Assembly (NCBI RefSeq): GCF_000181795.1
Contig: NW_003526941.1
Location: forward strand, 9,972,493 to 10,036,492
DNA length: 64,000 bases
Source: Trichinella spiralis
Lineage: Eukaryota
Direction of reading: 5' to 3'
In this document: positions 1-13,000 of the stretch, piece by piece
Position numbering within the stretch: the first letter of the stretch is position 1
Layout: each line of letters begins with the position of its first letter
Position numbers and translations under genes: made by a program
Notes under the pieces: model-generated
Told to the model about the DNA's origin: nothing
Seen by the model: the letters and a program-made list of their open reading frames with translations, nothing else
The model's database searches: none

Positions 1-1341
1 TTTGTTGTGCGTGGGATTTGCCGAAAGCACTGCAAAATGGAACCTCCGGCCCCCACAACGTTTTGGGCTAACAGTTGCTTATCCACCGAAACACTAATAC
101 TGAAAGGCTTTGTCGAAGAATGGAAAAATGGGGCAACAGAAAAAACAAAATTGATTACTGGCGGGGATGAAGTGATGGAAACCAACGGTTGTAGCTAAGG
201 GAATTTTTCGCTCTATCACTTGCGGAAAATTTCAATGTCTTTTTGGAATGTCCGGACAAATGTTGGGCAATCTGTGCTGTGGCATGACGCCAATTCGTTC
301 AGCTGCTGAATTGATTCACCAGGCATTTTTTATTGGCATTTATCGTATTATCTCGCTGTATTATTTGAAACACTTTAACAGCGTTGTTCTTCAAACGGTT
401 CGAAAGCCAGCGGCTAAGCGGTTGTGATCTGATAAGTGGATGACGCGTCGACAATGATTTTTTTCCAAGAATTTCAATTGATTTAGCCGTAATTCAGCTT
501 TCGGTTGTGTTGGTCACTGTTTTTCAGATCTGATTAAGATTAATTCTTCTACTTATTATTCAATATAAAAACATTTTGTAATTAAAAATCATTTGAAATG
601 TTACGTAATACTATTTGCAACTTATTGCGTCATTCTTGGACAAAACTTTGATATCATTAGCTTAGAATAGCAACAGGTTTATATAAATGGAAACCGTGCA
701 ATGTATTGTAGAATAAAAAATAAAACCATTCGAAGGCATTCCAAATAAGCGAATGAGTATGCCAGTGACACTGATTTTTTGGCGCGGGACGTTTTAATAA
801 AAAAAATATGTAAAGTTTATCATCGATGAGTTTCATTTTGCATTAGGCTCCAATAAATCCTTTTTTATAATTTTAATAAATTTCGAAAAATGAAAACAAA
901 TTACTCGAAATTTAATTTGGATAAAAGTTTAAACTTGCATTTTTCATACTGTATTATATTTTATTTAATACTGTACTATTCCGTTCTGACGCGCAGTAAG
1001 TGTATTGATTTGTGTGGTTGTATTTGCTTTCTGAACGTTTGTTTTTAGTGTTTTATTTAAATGAAACATATTTTTTTCTTAAAAATAAGTTTTCTTTCCT
1101 TTTTCTCATATCAAAGGAGAATACATTTTATTTTTTTGCTGTTGTTAAATATAGTTTTAAATTTCTGCATGTTTTTAACTAATTTACTGAATTCAGCGAA
1201 AATAATTTTTCTTTAAATAAACCATGTAACCATAAATGCCATAAATATGTTTAAGGTAAACTTATTCATTTAGCCATTTTTCTGACTTTTACAAATTACT
1301 TTTACTTGGTGTTACTATCGTTATTGTTTAGCTTATTTCAG

Positions 1342-1578
1342 ATGTTAGTTAAAGTGAAAACTTTGACGGGAAAGGAGGTGGAACTTGATATAGATGCTTC
1401 TGACCTGGTGGAGCGGATTAAAGAAAAAATTGAAGAAAAAGAAGGTATCCCTCCAGCGCAGCAGAGGTTAATTCATGCTGGCAAACAAATGAGCGAAGGG
1501 AAAACAGCGGCAGAATATAAAATAACTGGTGGTGCGGTATTGCATTTGGTTCTTGCTTTAAGAGGAGGCAGTTTATGA
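1342..1578 (+). CDS. NEDD8: Ubiquitin-like protein NEDD8 precursor (78 aa)
   Basis: [17 protein letters not shown]...[14 protein letters not shown]...[12 protein letters not shown]. Ala72 and KQM distinguish it from ubiquitin. The ATG directly follows a TTTCAG acceptor. Confidence 0.96.
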   Translation: MLVKVKTLTGKEVELDIDASDLVERIKEKIEEKEGIPPAQQRLIHAGKQMSEGKTAAEYKITGGAVLHLVLALRGGSL

Positions 1579-3047
1579 ATATGAAGATTTCTACATACTT
1601 AAATTGCATTTTGCATGCAGCGTACTAATGAGACTGCTGATATTTTTACTTTGTTACATGACTTTTATTACTTCAACTGGTATGAAATTATAATGTTCAC
1701 TTTGCTTTAATTTGTTAAAACGTGAATAAAATTTATCTTTTCTATTTTATGTCTCTTTGATCGTTAGAGAGAATTTAAGTATTACTAGCTGAATGAATCG
1801 ATCGATTTTTGTTAAACATTGAAAGATTTCACGCTCTGTTAAACTTCATTTTAAAATTTATTGTAGAAAACGATGGCAGAATTCGTCCTGAATTTGGGTT
1901 ACGGTAGTGACGACGTGCTGTAGTAGTTGCTTTGCAGCCAGTGGAAAGTGTAATGCATGCGTTAGGTTATTGCGTTATCTTTGTGTTTTTTTGCTTGAGA
2001 AGTGATGTAGTATATCGTTCTAAGTGTTCGTATATTGTATTTTGCTTCAGCTAAACAGTAGCTAATTATTCGATCGAGAACAATTGGATTCGTTGTAAAA
2101 AATGAAGAAGTAACTAACTTCTGGTATGAACAGAAGCAGTATTTTGTTCTCCGTGTGTTTGCCAAGCCTAGTAGATTATTTCAAGCATTATCCGGTTCTT
2201 TGCTTTTCCAACATATCCATATCAAACCCATTTCCATCAGACTGGCAAGCAGTGAAATTTAGATGAGAAAAAGTAGGCGGAGTTCGTTTGGGGAAATTAC
2301 TGCTCGACTCCTGTTGTGGCAGAAAACTTGCAAAAGCGTTGCAAATGAAAATGAAGAAATGATCTTGTAAACGCTGTACAGCAGTATTTCTAAAAAACCT
2401 CTAGAAATGGCATAGTTTTGGCTTCAGTAGTCGAACCAGCACAAAAGAAAAACAGGTAAACGAAATTTTAATATTATAACCACAACTGAAGCTTACTGTT
2501 ATTACTGAGTAACTTGCATCGTGTGATTTTAGAGCTTGTCTTTGTTCTTTTGATTAGTTTATTTTGTGAATTTAAATTTGTTCATCAACAAACATATCTT
2601 CATTGCCCTTTTTAAATGATGCGCATTAAAATTTGTACTTTTTACTTTTTTAAATTTGCTACTGTTTTGCGTAAGTTTTTACTATTTTAGAAATGTCTAA
2701 AAAATACTTCGTAGTTACTCATATAAAATTAATTATAAAATTGGTTTTCATATTTATTTGTAATGATGTTAATGAAAAAAAGAATTTCATTTCAGTAATC
2801 AAAATGTGATAATTTTTAGTGGACAATTTATTGCGCAAGTGAATTTGACATTCAGCTGTTATCAACTAATTGATTGTTGTTCATTTGGTTATCTCTTATC
2901 GAGTGCTTACAAATCATTAGTAAAGCAACTTTGAGTAATTTTATTCATTTATTTTTCTTTCGAATACATTTTATACATAATGAAGAAGAGAAAATTTTAA
3001 TGTAAATGTAGCAGCGAGGCAGAGTTCTAATTTCCGTAAAGAGAAAA

Positions 3048-6000
3048 TTAGCTTTCAAAACGGAGACACTGACTTAACCATTTTTGCACTTCTTCAGTAG
3101 ACACACCTTTCCTCGTCGCATAATCCATAATCTGTTTAAAATATTTTATGACAGAATTAATTAATGAATGAAATTTTGGCCATTCATTACTTGATCTTTG
3201 TCAATTTTTCCAACGGCAAAATACTTCGCTTTTGAATGCGCAAAGTATAGTCCACAAACAGATGCCGTCGGATGCATAGCCATCGATTCCGTCAAATGAA
3301 TACCTGTATTTTTGTCAACATCAAGAAGTTTCCACAATGTGCGCATTTCAGACAAATCTGGTTGACATGGATAACCAGGGGCTGGTCGTATACCTTCATA
3401 TTGTATCCTGTGCAATGCATCAACTGACAACGATTCACTTGTATATCCCCAAAAATTCAGTCGAACTCTTTCGTGCAGTTCTTCCGCAAAAGCCTGAATA
3501 ATTTACACGTAAATACAATAGGTACTTTATGAAATGTTTCTTTTAATTTAAATATGGATTAATTAAATACCAAAAAAATAAATAAATATTAAATGGCATC
3601 ACCTCAGATAGGCGATCAGCCAAAGCTTTGCACATGATTGCATGATAATCGTCCAACTGTTGTTCATAAGATGACACCAATTTCTCAAGTCCTATGCCAA
3701 CTGTAAGAGCAAACATACCAATGTAATCGTACATGTCCATGGATTTTGGAACTATAAAATCTGACAAACAAAGATAAGGCTGTTCAGATTGTTCTTTAAC
3801 CGCCTGTTGACGCAGACCATGTAAAACACCAATTGGAGATGATTTGTCCATATTTTCTGGACTGAAAGCAGTAAATTTGTTATATCGCACGATAGAAAAT
3901 TATAAATTGAAAATCGAACTTCAAAATTAATATGTCGTCACCATCGCTCAACGCTGGAAAAATACCAATCACAGCGTTGGCTTGTAACAGTGATTCATTG
4001 CAAATCTTTGAAAGTAGTTGTTGAGCATCATCGAAAACTCTTTTCGCCTCTTCACCAATATCTGGATCGTCAAATAGTTTTGGAAATCCACGATTTGGAT
4101 ATTTTCCTCTTAATTGCCAAACATCGAAAAAAGGTTTCCAATCAATGTATGGAATAAACTGTTCAATATCATAATCAGTGAAACACTGCACTCCAATGGT
4201 GTTTGGTTTTGCTGACAAAAAAATTATGAATTCAATTCACGTAATAAGAATATGAAGAAAAAGAAAACACAATTTACAAGGAATATACGTAGACCAGTCG
4301 AGCTTCAAAGAATGCTCTCTAGCCACATTCAGAGGAACAAAACGAAGCTCCTAAAACGAGAGTCAACAGAAAATTAAAACAAACAAACAACAAAATAATC
4401 GTTGAATTTAAAAATATGTACAGAAAAATTATCAAAATAATCTTGTCGAATTTCTTCGTACAATTCTTCAGTTTCGCAGAGAAATTCCCCACGCATTTTC
4501 TCATCCATCAAAGAAGAACACTAAAAATAAAAAAATAAATGCTTTTCATCTAGTGGTGATTGGTTGATGCACAAATTGTCGACCACAACAACACTCTTGC
4601 TAGCATCAGAAACGTGAACAACTGGCCCACTGTAAGCTGACTTTATTTTTACTGCTGTATGTATTCTACAAGAATCTGTATTAATTATTATTCAGATGTT
4701 AGCAAATAGAGAAATTATTATTTACCGTGAAGTAGTAGCACCACCAATGAGTAGTGGGATTTTGAAATCGACGCGTTGCATCTCTTTAGCAACGTAAATC
4801 ATTTCCTCTAGCGATGGTGTAATCAACCCGGACAAACCAATCATATCTCAACGAAAAGACAAAATATAAAAATGATAATTCCAAGTATAATAATACTGTT
4901 TACCAGCATTGTTATCTATGGCTGCTTTCAATATTTTATCACACGGGGTCATGATACCAAGATCGATCACTCTACATTATGTTTGTGTTATAAGTGACAA
5001 TTGAAAAATTAACATAATCCATAATGACAATAATAACTTACTTGAAATTGTTACATCCCAGAACAACTGAGACGATATTTTTACCAATATCATGTACATC
5101 ACCTTTAACAGTTGCTAAAATTATTGTTCCTCGATAATTCTAAAAACATTTTAAAAATAAATCTACTTTAGCAATTGGCAATTATAAAAATAGCATTTTC
5201 ACAATTTCGTCTTCTGCTTTGCTTTCTTTTTCTCGTTCCATAAAAGGAACAAGATATTCAACAGCTTTTTTCATCACTCTAGCAGATTTGATCACCTGAG
5301 GAAGAAACATCTTTCCAGAGCCGAATAAATCTCCAACTGCAGCCATTCCCTGAAAAGAATGGATGAAAACATGAATGCAATGAAAACTATTGTTTTTCAT
5401 TCAAAAATTATACCGTCATCAAAGGACCTTCGATGATGTTTAGAGGCCTTGGATAAATGTCTGTCATATTTCGAGCTTGCTCCACGTCATCAATGACATA
5501 ATCACTGATACCTTTGATTAAAGCGTGCTTCAGACGCTCATCAACTGGCCAGTCACGCCATTCGACTTTTGGAATATTTTTTTCTTCAGTCAATTTATCA
5601 CCTTCTTTTTCTGCATATGCTAGCAAATCTTCTGTAGCGCCAGGAGAACGGTTTAACAACAAATTCGTACACAGTTCTAGCAGAGTTTTTTCAATTTCTG
5701 AATACACTGGCAAACATCCCGCGTTTACAATGCCCATATCTAAACCAGCCTTAAAAAATTTTCATTTAAAAAGTTTTCGTATAATTTAATTTCAAAGATG
5801 TCAATACTTGGATAGCATAATATAGAAAAACGCTGTGCATGGCTTCGCGAATCTTATCTCGACCTCGAAATGCAAAACTGACGTTGCTGATGCCACCGGA
5901 TATTCGACACTCAGGAAACAGTTTCTAAAATTATGAGTTAAAAAAGGAAACAAAAATTTCATTGATTGAACCTTGACAATTTTTGCTGATTCGAAAAAAG

Positions 6001-8239
6001 AGACTGCATAAGTATTGTGCTCTTCAATGCCAGTACCTACAGTAAGCACATTCAAATCGAAAATAATATCGGCAGGATCGATTTTTGCTTCTTCGACGAG
6101 AAGATTGTACGAACGTTGACAAACTTTCACACGATGTTCAACAGTAGTTGCCTAAAAGTATAAACTCTTGTAAATTCGTCCTCTCTCTCTTAATTGATCT
6201 GCATCCACTTGTCCAGTTTCATCAAAAGCCATAACAACAATTGCAGCACCATATTTTTTCAGTGTTTTGGCATGTTGTAAAAATTTCTCCTCTCCTTCTT
6301 TCAAACTTATACTATTTGCAATGCATTTCCCTTGAAAACACTGCAAACCAGCTTCGATTACCAAAAAATTGGAAGAATCGATACAAAGCGGAACCTGAAT
6401 TGAAAATATGCTAATGGTAAATTTTATGCAATTCATTTTAAATACTTTTGAAATATCCGGATCTGAACTGATCAAATTCACAAATTTGATCATACTATTA
6501 ACACCGTCCAACATCGCTTCATCTAAATTTACATCCAAAATCTGTGCACCCAATTCCACTTGCTCCTTAGCCACTTGAAGTGCCATCTAATTTGATTAAA
6601 TTGATCAACTCACTTAAAAAAGCAATGAATAATCGAACCTCATAATTTCCTTTTTTTATCATGCTAGCAAAACGTCGACTTCCTGCAACGTTGCAACGTT
6701 CTCCAATGTTGACAAAATTTGTAAAAGGTCCAATTTGCATTGATTCTAGACCTAAATATAATACAGTATAATAATATAAAGAGGAACTTTAATTATGTTA
6801 CAATCAAATACCTGAAAGGAGTGTATAACTTTTGAAAATATCTTTCTGAGGACATCTCGGTGGAACACCTTTAACTGCTTGGCAAATTTTAGCAATATGA
6901 TCTGGTGTAGTGCCACAACAGCCTCCCACAATATTCACCAAACCATCAACAGCAAATTGCTAACAATTGAATCAAAAGCCAAATTGTATATTATTATTAT
7001 TTTTCTTTAATTATATAAAAAAATATTTTTCTACTTTTATTGTAGCTGCTGTTTGTTCAGGTGATTCATCGTATTCTCCAAAAGAATTTGGCAAACCTGC
7101 ATCATATTATTAGATAAATAAATTTCAATTACCAGCATTTCAATGCCAGCATATACCAGCGTTTGGATAGCAGATAACATACGCAGATGTATTTTTGCTG
7201 ACTGTCTCAATAAATGGTCGCATGTCCGTTGCGCCAAGCGCACAGTTTAATCCAACGCTGAAAGATAGTCGAAAAAGTAATAAGTTAATGAAAAAAGTGT
7301 TGAAGCATTCAAATAAATTTCACCAAAATGGATCAGCATGTTGTACACTTATCAGAAAAGCTTCAATCGATTGTCCAGACAAAGTGCGACCACTTTTGTC
7401 AACTACAGTACCAGATAAAAAAACAGGAATACGCGTCTGTCGTTCTTCAAATAGTGTTTGAATTGCAAAAATGGCTGCCTAAAAATAACATTTTCCCAAT
7501 CTAATGCAATTGTATACCCAAACTGCATATTATTTATTCAACCTTTGCATTTGCGGTGTCAAAAATAGTTTCCACCAAAAAAGCGTCCACTTCACCGTCA
7601 AGCAATGCCTCTGCCTGTTCTTTATAAGCATTGGCAAGCTCAGTAAATGCTGCGTTAAAAAATACATATTTATTGATTTGAAAAATGGGTAATCACACTT
7701 ACAAATATTACGATATTCTGGTCGTTCGACGGATGGTGATATAGACAGTGTTTTATTGGTTGGTCCGATTGAACCTAAAACAAAACACTGTTGGCCTAAA
7801 AGTAAAAACGCAAAAAGATTAATATTTGAAAGGAAAACATGCAAATCATCAATTGTATACCTGTTTCATTTTCTGTATCGCTAGCAGCTTGTTTGGCAAT
7901 CTTCGATGCTTCAAAATTCAATTCATAAATCAAAGATTCCAGCTTGTAATCCGCTTGAGCTATTCTGTTACTGCTGAATGTATTCGTTTCTATGAAATCC
8001 GCTCCGGCATCAAAATAACGTCGGTGAATTTCATAAATTATATCTGGTCGAGTCAGCGTTAATAAGTCGTTGTTTCCCTTCAATGATACAGGGTGGTCAG
8101 CGAAACGTGTTCCTCTGTATGATGATTCGTCCAGATGGAATCTTTGAATCATTGTACCCATGCCACCGTCAATGATCATCACACGCTTTTCAAGGATTGA
8201 TCGAAATTTTTTGAACATATCATCGCATTTCTTAGCCAT
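3048..8239 (-). CDS. MTR: Cobalamin-dependent methionine synthase, about 24 exons
   Basis: Spliced motifs in the expected order: [27 protein letters not shown] (Zn/Hcy domain); [19 protein letters not shown] (pterin domain); [19 protein letters not shown] (cap); [15 protein letters not shown] (B12 ligand); GIRPAPGYP (activation domain). Last exon IMDYATRKG...RFES* ends at TAA 3050-3048. Confidence 0.97.
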
Positions 8240-9936
8240 CTTTTGCTAAACTTGAAGAACAATAAAAATAAAGATTAACGCTTGACATCCGTACCAATCA
8301 TACTGTATTTCTATTGCGCTGCTGGCAATAAGACAATGTACCCCGTGCGGTTTTTTTACTCTCACACCCCTGCTTCTACACAGATTTTGTTTCTCAGAGA
8401 TGAACATGAATTAATTCATAAATTAATGGCTAAATTCGGCCAACGCCAACAAGTTAGCGTTTAAGATGCGGAAAATGTACAATGAGCGGGCGTTGAATGC
8501 AACGAAAAACTTCCTGGAGCATCATTATGGTAAGAACACGTGCATTTTTATTTCCATTCGGTTTTGCAAATTAAACATCCTGTTGTGTTTTAACTGTGAT
8601 CAATTAATAACCTGTTAATTGAGTTAACTTTAAAAACTCAGGTACCGTGAAATTTCAAATTACAGTGCATCCAGCAATCTGCCATCGAAATTTGACTAGT
8701 TTTTTTTTTCAATAAACGTACAGTATAGTTTAAATAATATATAAGTGAAATTTAAAATGAGAAAAAATGTTGAAAAATCAATGACATTAATGGCTTTTTC
8801 GGTCAACATTGATTTTGCTAATATGTATGCGAAAACTTGAATCCGGTTGTAATGTAGCGCTAGTGCCAAAGGCTTCAATGCTAACTTGTTTTTGAAAACT
8901 CTCTGCATAGGTCAAAGAACGACCATGCACAAGATAGAACTTTAACATCTTTTTAAATAGAGTGAACAATTTTTTCTGTACGTACATTTTAGAAAAAAAC
9001 TGATGCAGCAACACAATAGATGTTTAAATTAAAACTATTATCCAGACTAACAAGAAATTAATAATACTTGAAGAATTTATTGGTGCTGTTTTGTTTGTTA
9101 ATGGTCGTACAACATTTATCCTGTCAAATCTGTGGGATAGAAACAGTAAACGGTTGTTTTATTGATTGAAAATTAAAACACCTGAAAACCAGTAATTCTT
9201 CTTCAGCAGTATTCGTTAAAATGTAATCATTGATTAAAAACAGAACATTAATAAACATGAGGATTTTTTACATTTAAAATTGTAAAATGGAACATAAATA
9301 TTTCTTTACCACAAACATCTTGTTAATATATTGCATTGAATTGTTCGACGTAACTGTGAAGATAAACTGAGGGCAAGAATTCTCAAAACGTAGTGTTTAG
9401 CAGATCTGTTCTTATTTATTTAAATTGTTTTAAAAAATTATTGAAATTGTATTAGACAGTATTTACATTCATGAACTTAAATAATATATTTGTATTTATT
9501 TTATAAATATGAATTTTTTTAAATTGAAATAAAGTCATGAAAATATAGATAATCTAATTATTGAAGCTTTATTAATTCAACTAAATTTTTAAATTCAGCT
9601 CTTTTCAGTTTACAGTATGAGCATTCCGTTGCGTCAAATTATCAAAATAATAAAATGACATGAAAGGATGTTTGATATTTAGATTACAAATATTTTAAAT
9701 TATTAAGCGTGCTTTAACTTTACCGTAATTTAAAACAGCAAAATCGGATGATGGTCTGATTAATCCAAAATTTATGCTGATATGAACATAAAACGTACAT
9801 ATGAATTCAACACAGAAAATTAAGTATAAAATTTCCCGTCTGAACTTATAGAAAGTACTATAACTTATTTCATAATATACTATGATAAATCATATTGTAA
9901 TTTATTTTCGTCTTGTTGATATTTACAATTTTCATA

Positions 9937-9939
<3 letters not shown>

Positions 9940-9997
<58 letters not shown>
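9940..9997. repeat. (AT)29 microsatellite
   Basis: Perfect dinucleotide run read directly. Confidence 0.97.
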
Positions 9998-10000
<3 letters not shown>

Positions 10001-13000
10001 ATTTTGACATAAAAATGTAATATTATATTTTAAACTGTTTCGAATTTATGCTATTAGCTTTATTATTTCGAATGTTCATGTAAATTTTTAATATTAGGAA
10101 AACAAAACAGTAATTAATTTGCATTTATTAGGAGAGAATGTCTCTAAATGTTATTGGTTGTTTTGTTCTCAACTTGTGATACGCTGCTTTATTTAATTTT
10201 GTTTAACGTTTTGTTTTTATACAGTACTTAAAAAGTAATTCAAGTTTAATGAAAGTAGCACAAAAATTTTATAATAATGAATTTTAGTTGTAAAATTTAT
10301 ATTGTTTTAAAACATTTGTGTTTTCACATTTACATGAAGATATTTTTGTGCTGTAATGTTTGCAAGATACTGGAAGCGTATAATCTTTACAAACGTTAAT
10401 TTTCAATAGTTTTAATTATTAATTATAATAATTATAAGGTTAATATTATTTTTAAAAATAAAGACAGGCAATTTAGTTTTTGAAAAATATTTTTGTCGAA
10501 ATAATATTTCAATTTATATTTCCCTTTAAATTATTATTATTTTACAGAACTGAATAATAGAAAATTAAAATTGAACATGATCATTGTCTAAGATGACTCT
10601 TCATCTATGGCGTAATTATGCGTGTTGCAAATTTAATTTTGTTATCAAAGCGACAGGAGGAAAAAGCAGGAATGAGCTTTTAGAAATTAACATTAGCTGT
10701 GTTAATTTTAGCACTGTTGAAAAAAAGTTTTTCACAAGGAAGAAAAACAAATTCTATTGAAGCGGTAATGCAGAAAATGTAATGAAAGAACTGGAAATAA
10801 TTGAAAAGTTATTTTCTTTTTTATTTCAAAATTACAATATGTTCATTAAGTTTTTTGAAACTTTTTACGTTTCATTCTGAAAAATATATTGCAATAGAAA
10901 AAATTACAATTTTCATTTGTTTGGCGTATCCATTTAATTTGTCCTCTCTGTGTTTCCAATGTCTCCAATTAAGTTAGCTGCTTAAGCGGAGGAAATATAA
11001 GACGGTTGATCATATTAACATTATCAATAAATATTCGAAGAAAATCTTATTTAAATGGGGGAAGAAAAGATTAACGTCCAAATATGAAGCCAATGAAGCA
11101 TATATTAACATTCTGTTATGTTGGATATAGATTGTCAATTCACAGTTCTTTGTATATATTTCAAATTTTACATCCTGTTCTGTTGAACAATAATCAATGT
11201 GTGGTGATAGTTTGCTGTATTTTTTTGATTATTAAGTTTAGAATTTTACTTCACTGCAGAAAAATCCGGTTGAGTTTTATCCATTGTATGTAAATAAGTG
11301 AAAGGAGCATGTGAATCCACTTGCAAATACAATAGTTATGCAGTTCATTCATTTATAACAATGATCAAACTGATAAGAAAGGATGAAACAAAATAAAAAA
11401 AAGAAATTGAAAAGAACAAAAATAAAATAATAATTGATTATAACTTGAATTGTTAATAGCAAGTTTGATAAAATATTGAAAGCGCGCACCTTTTGCCGAC
11501 GAGACAATGATATTGTGAAGCAGACGACGACAAGCATGCATGGGGAAAAAAATCCAAACCAGACAGAGTTTGGACAATTCAAAGTGTGTATTTTCCAGTT
11601 GTGTGCAGTTGTAAGCATTTTATAAATTTTGCTGAAACTAGATGCAATAAGAATGGATTTTCAAAAAAAAAGAAAAATTAAAATAACTAGAAATTGTGTA
11701 ATTTTATTTTATTTCACAATCCAAGCAGCCTTAACCAGAAGCTCTGTTTGATTATTTTGATAGACTGTTTTTATTTGTCTTATTTTTTCTCTCTTTTGGC
11801 TATTCTAATGTGTGCAATTGATTCTGGTAATTGCACTTCTGGGCTGAGCTGTATTCTCAATTTGCAAGTTTCATTTGCATAATGTAATTTGAATAAATAT
11901 TGGCAATCGTTTCGAGCAAGGCTGCAGCAATTTTTGGCCATTTTATCAATTGATTTGTGTTCTTGTTGTCTTTGTATATTATGGACAGATGTGTATGTAT
12001 TGGTATTTTGAAATATCGGTTGAAATTTTTTTCTTTTTAATTTTCCTTCATAAATTTCCTCTGCGTGATTTAATACCGCAAACGTTGTGCGAATTTTATT
12101 TGAAAATTGCTTTTACATTTTAATATATATTTTTTTTTCAACTTGTTCAGAACCAAAGATGTATTAATTGAATCAATAATTTGAACATTGTAAAAAATGC
12201 AAGTCAGCTCAATTGACACAGAAAATGATATCCTTTAAATTGGATTGAACAGAAATTGGATATTTGGTGAGATATTTCAAAAATGAATTTTATTTAATTT
12301 TACATTATTAAGATAAAAAAGTTAATTTTGTATATATATATATTAAATAGCAGTTGAAATTTTTAATTAACAGACCTATTGCATGGCTATTCAATATGTA
12401 GGATAATGAATTACAAAATAACTATAGGATTTATCAACTTTTCCTTGATCATAAACCAATGTTATTTATTCATCGAATTTTCATTATTCAAAAGCAGTGA
12501 AAACTTTGAATTTTCTGTTCACATTGTCCAAAATGTATATTCAGCTTTATTATTTTAAAACAACTCTGTAAATAATATAAAGCTGAATTTTCACTTTGAA
12601 TTTTTCCTGTGATAGATTGAGAAGCTGAAACAAATTTGAAAAAAAAGTGAGACATTTACAATTTTTTATTTTTATTTTTTGTTGAATGAGATAAAAATTA
12701 TGAAAAACGAAGCTGAACATTATTATTATTATTATTCGTTTTTTTCTCTTGGTAAGCTTTTGGATTAAATTTTTGCAACAAAGGGCTTTGAAAAAAAAGA
12801 TCGAAGCGAAACAATTAAAAGCTTGATCTCAAGGTAATATGTTTTTAGTGATTGAACGGAAATGCGCAAGTAGCCAGTTATAAATTTTGAAACAGTTTCC
12901 ATTCGACGTTCAAATCCTCTTTTCATCATTATTGTTACTATTGCCACAATTGCTTTATCACCATAACGACAACTTTTACAACTGAAACTGAAAAACTGAT

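Noticed and set aside
1..330. ORF 7..198 and minus-strand ATGs at 326 and 285
   Set aside because: The minus-strand frames close within 40 codons and nothing shows a recognisable motif. It may be the edge of a gene outside the window, but no call is supportable.
1860..2460. Moderately GC-rich segment downstream of NEDD8 with scattered splice-like sites
   Set aside because: No consistent spliced frame; candidate introns are too short and ORFs are tiny.
12860..12920. GTTCAAATCC resembling a tRNA T-loop/B box
   Set aside because: No cloverleaf stems or acceptor pairing around it.
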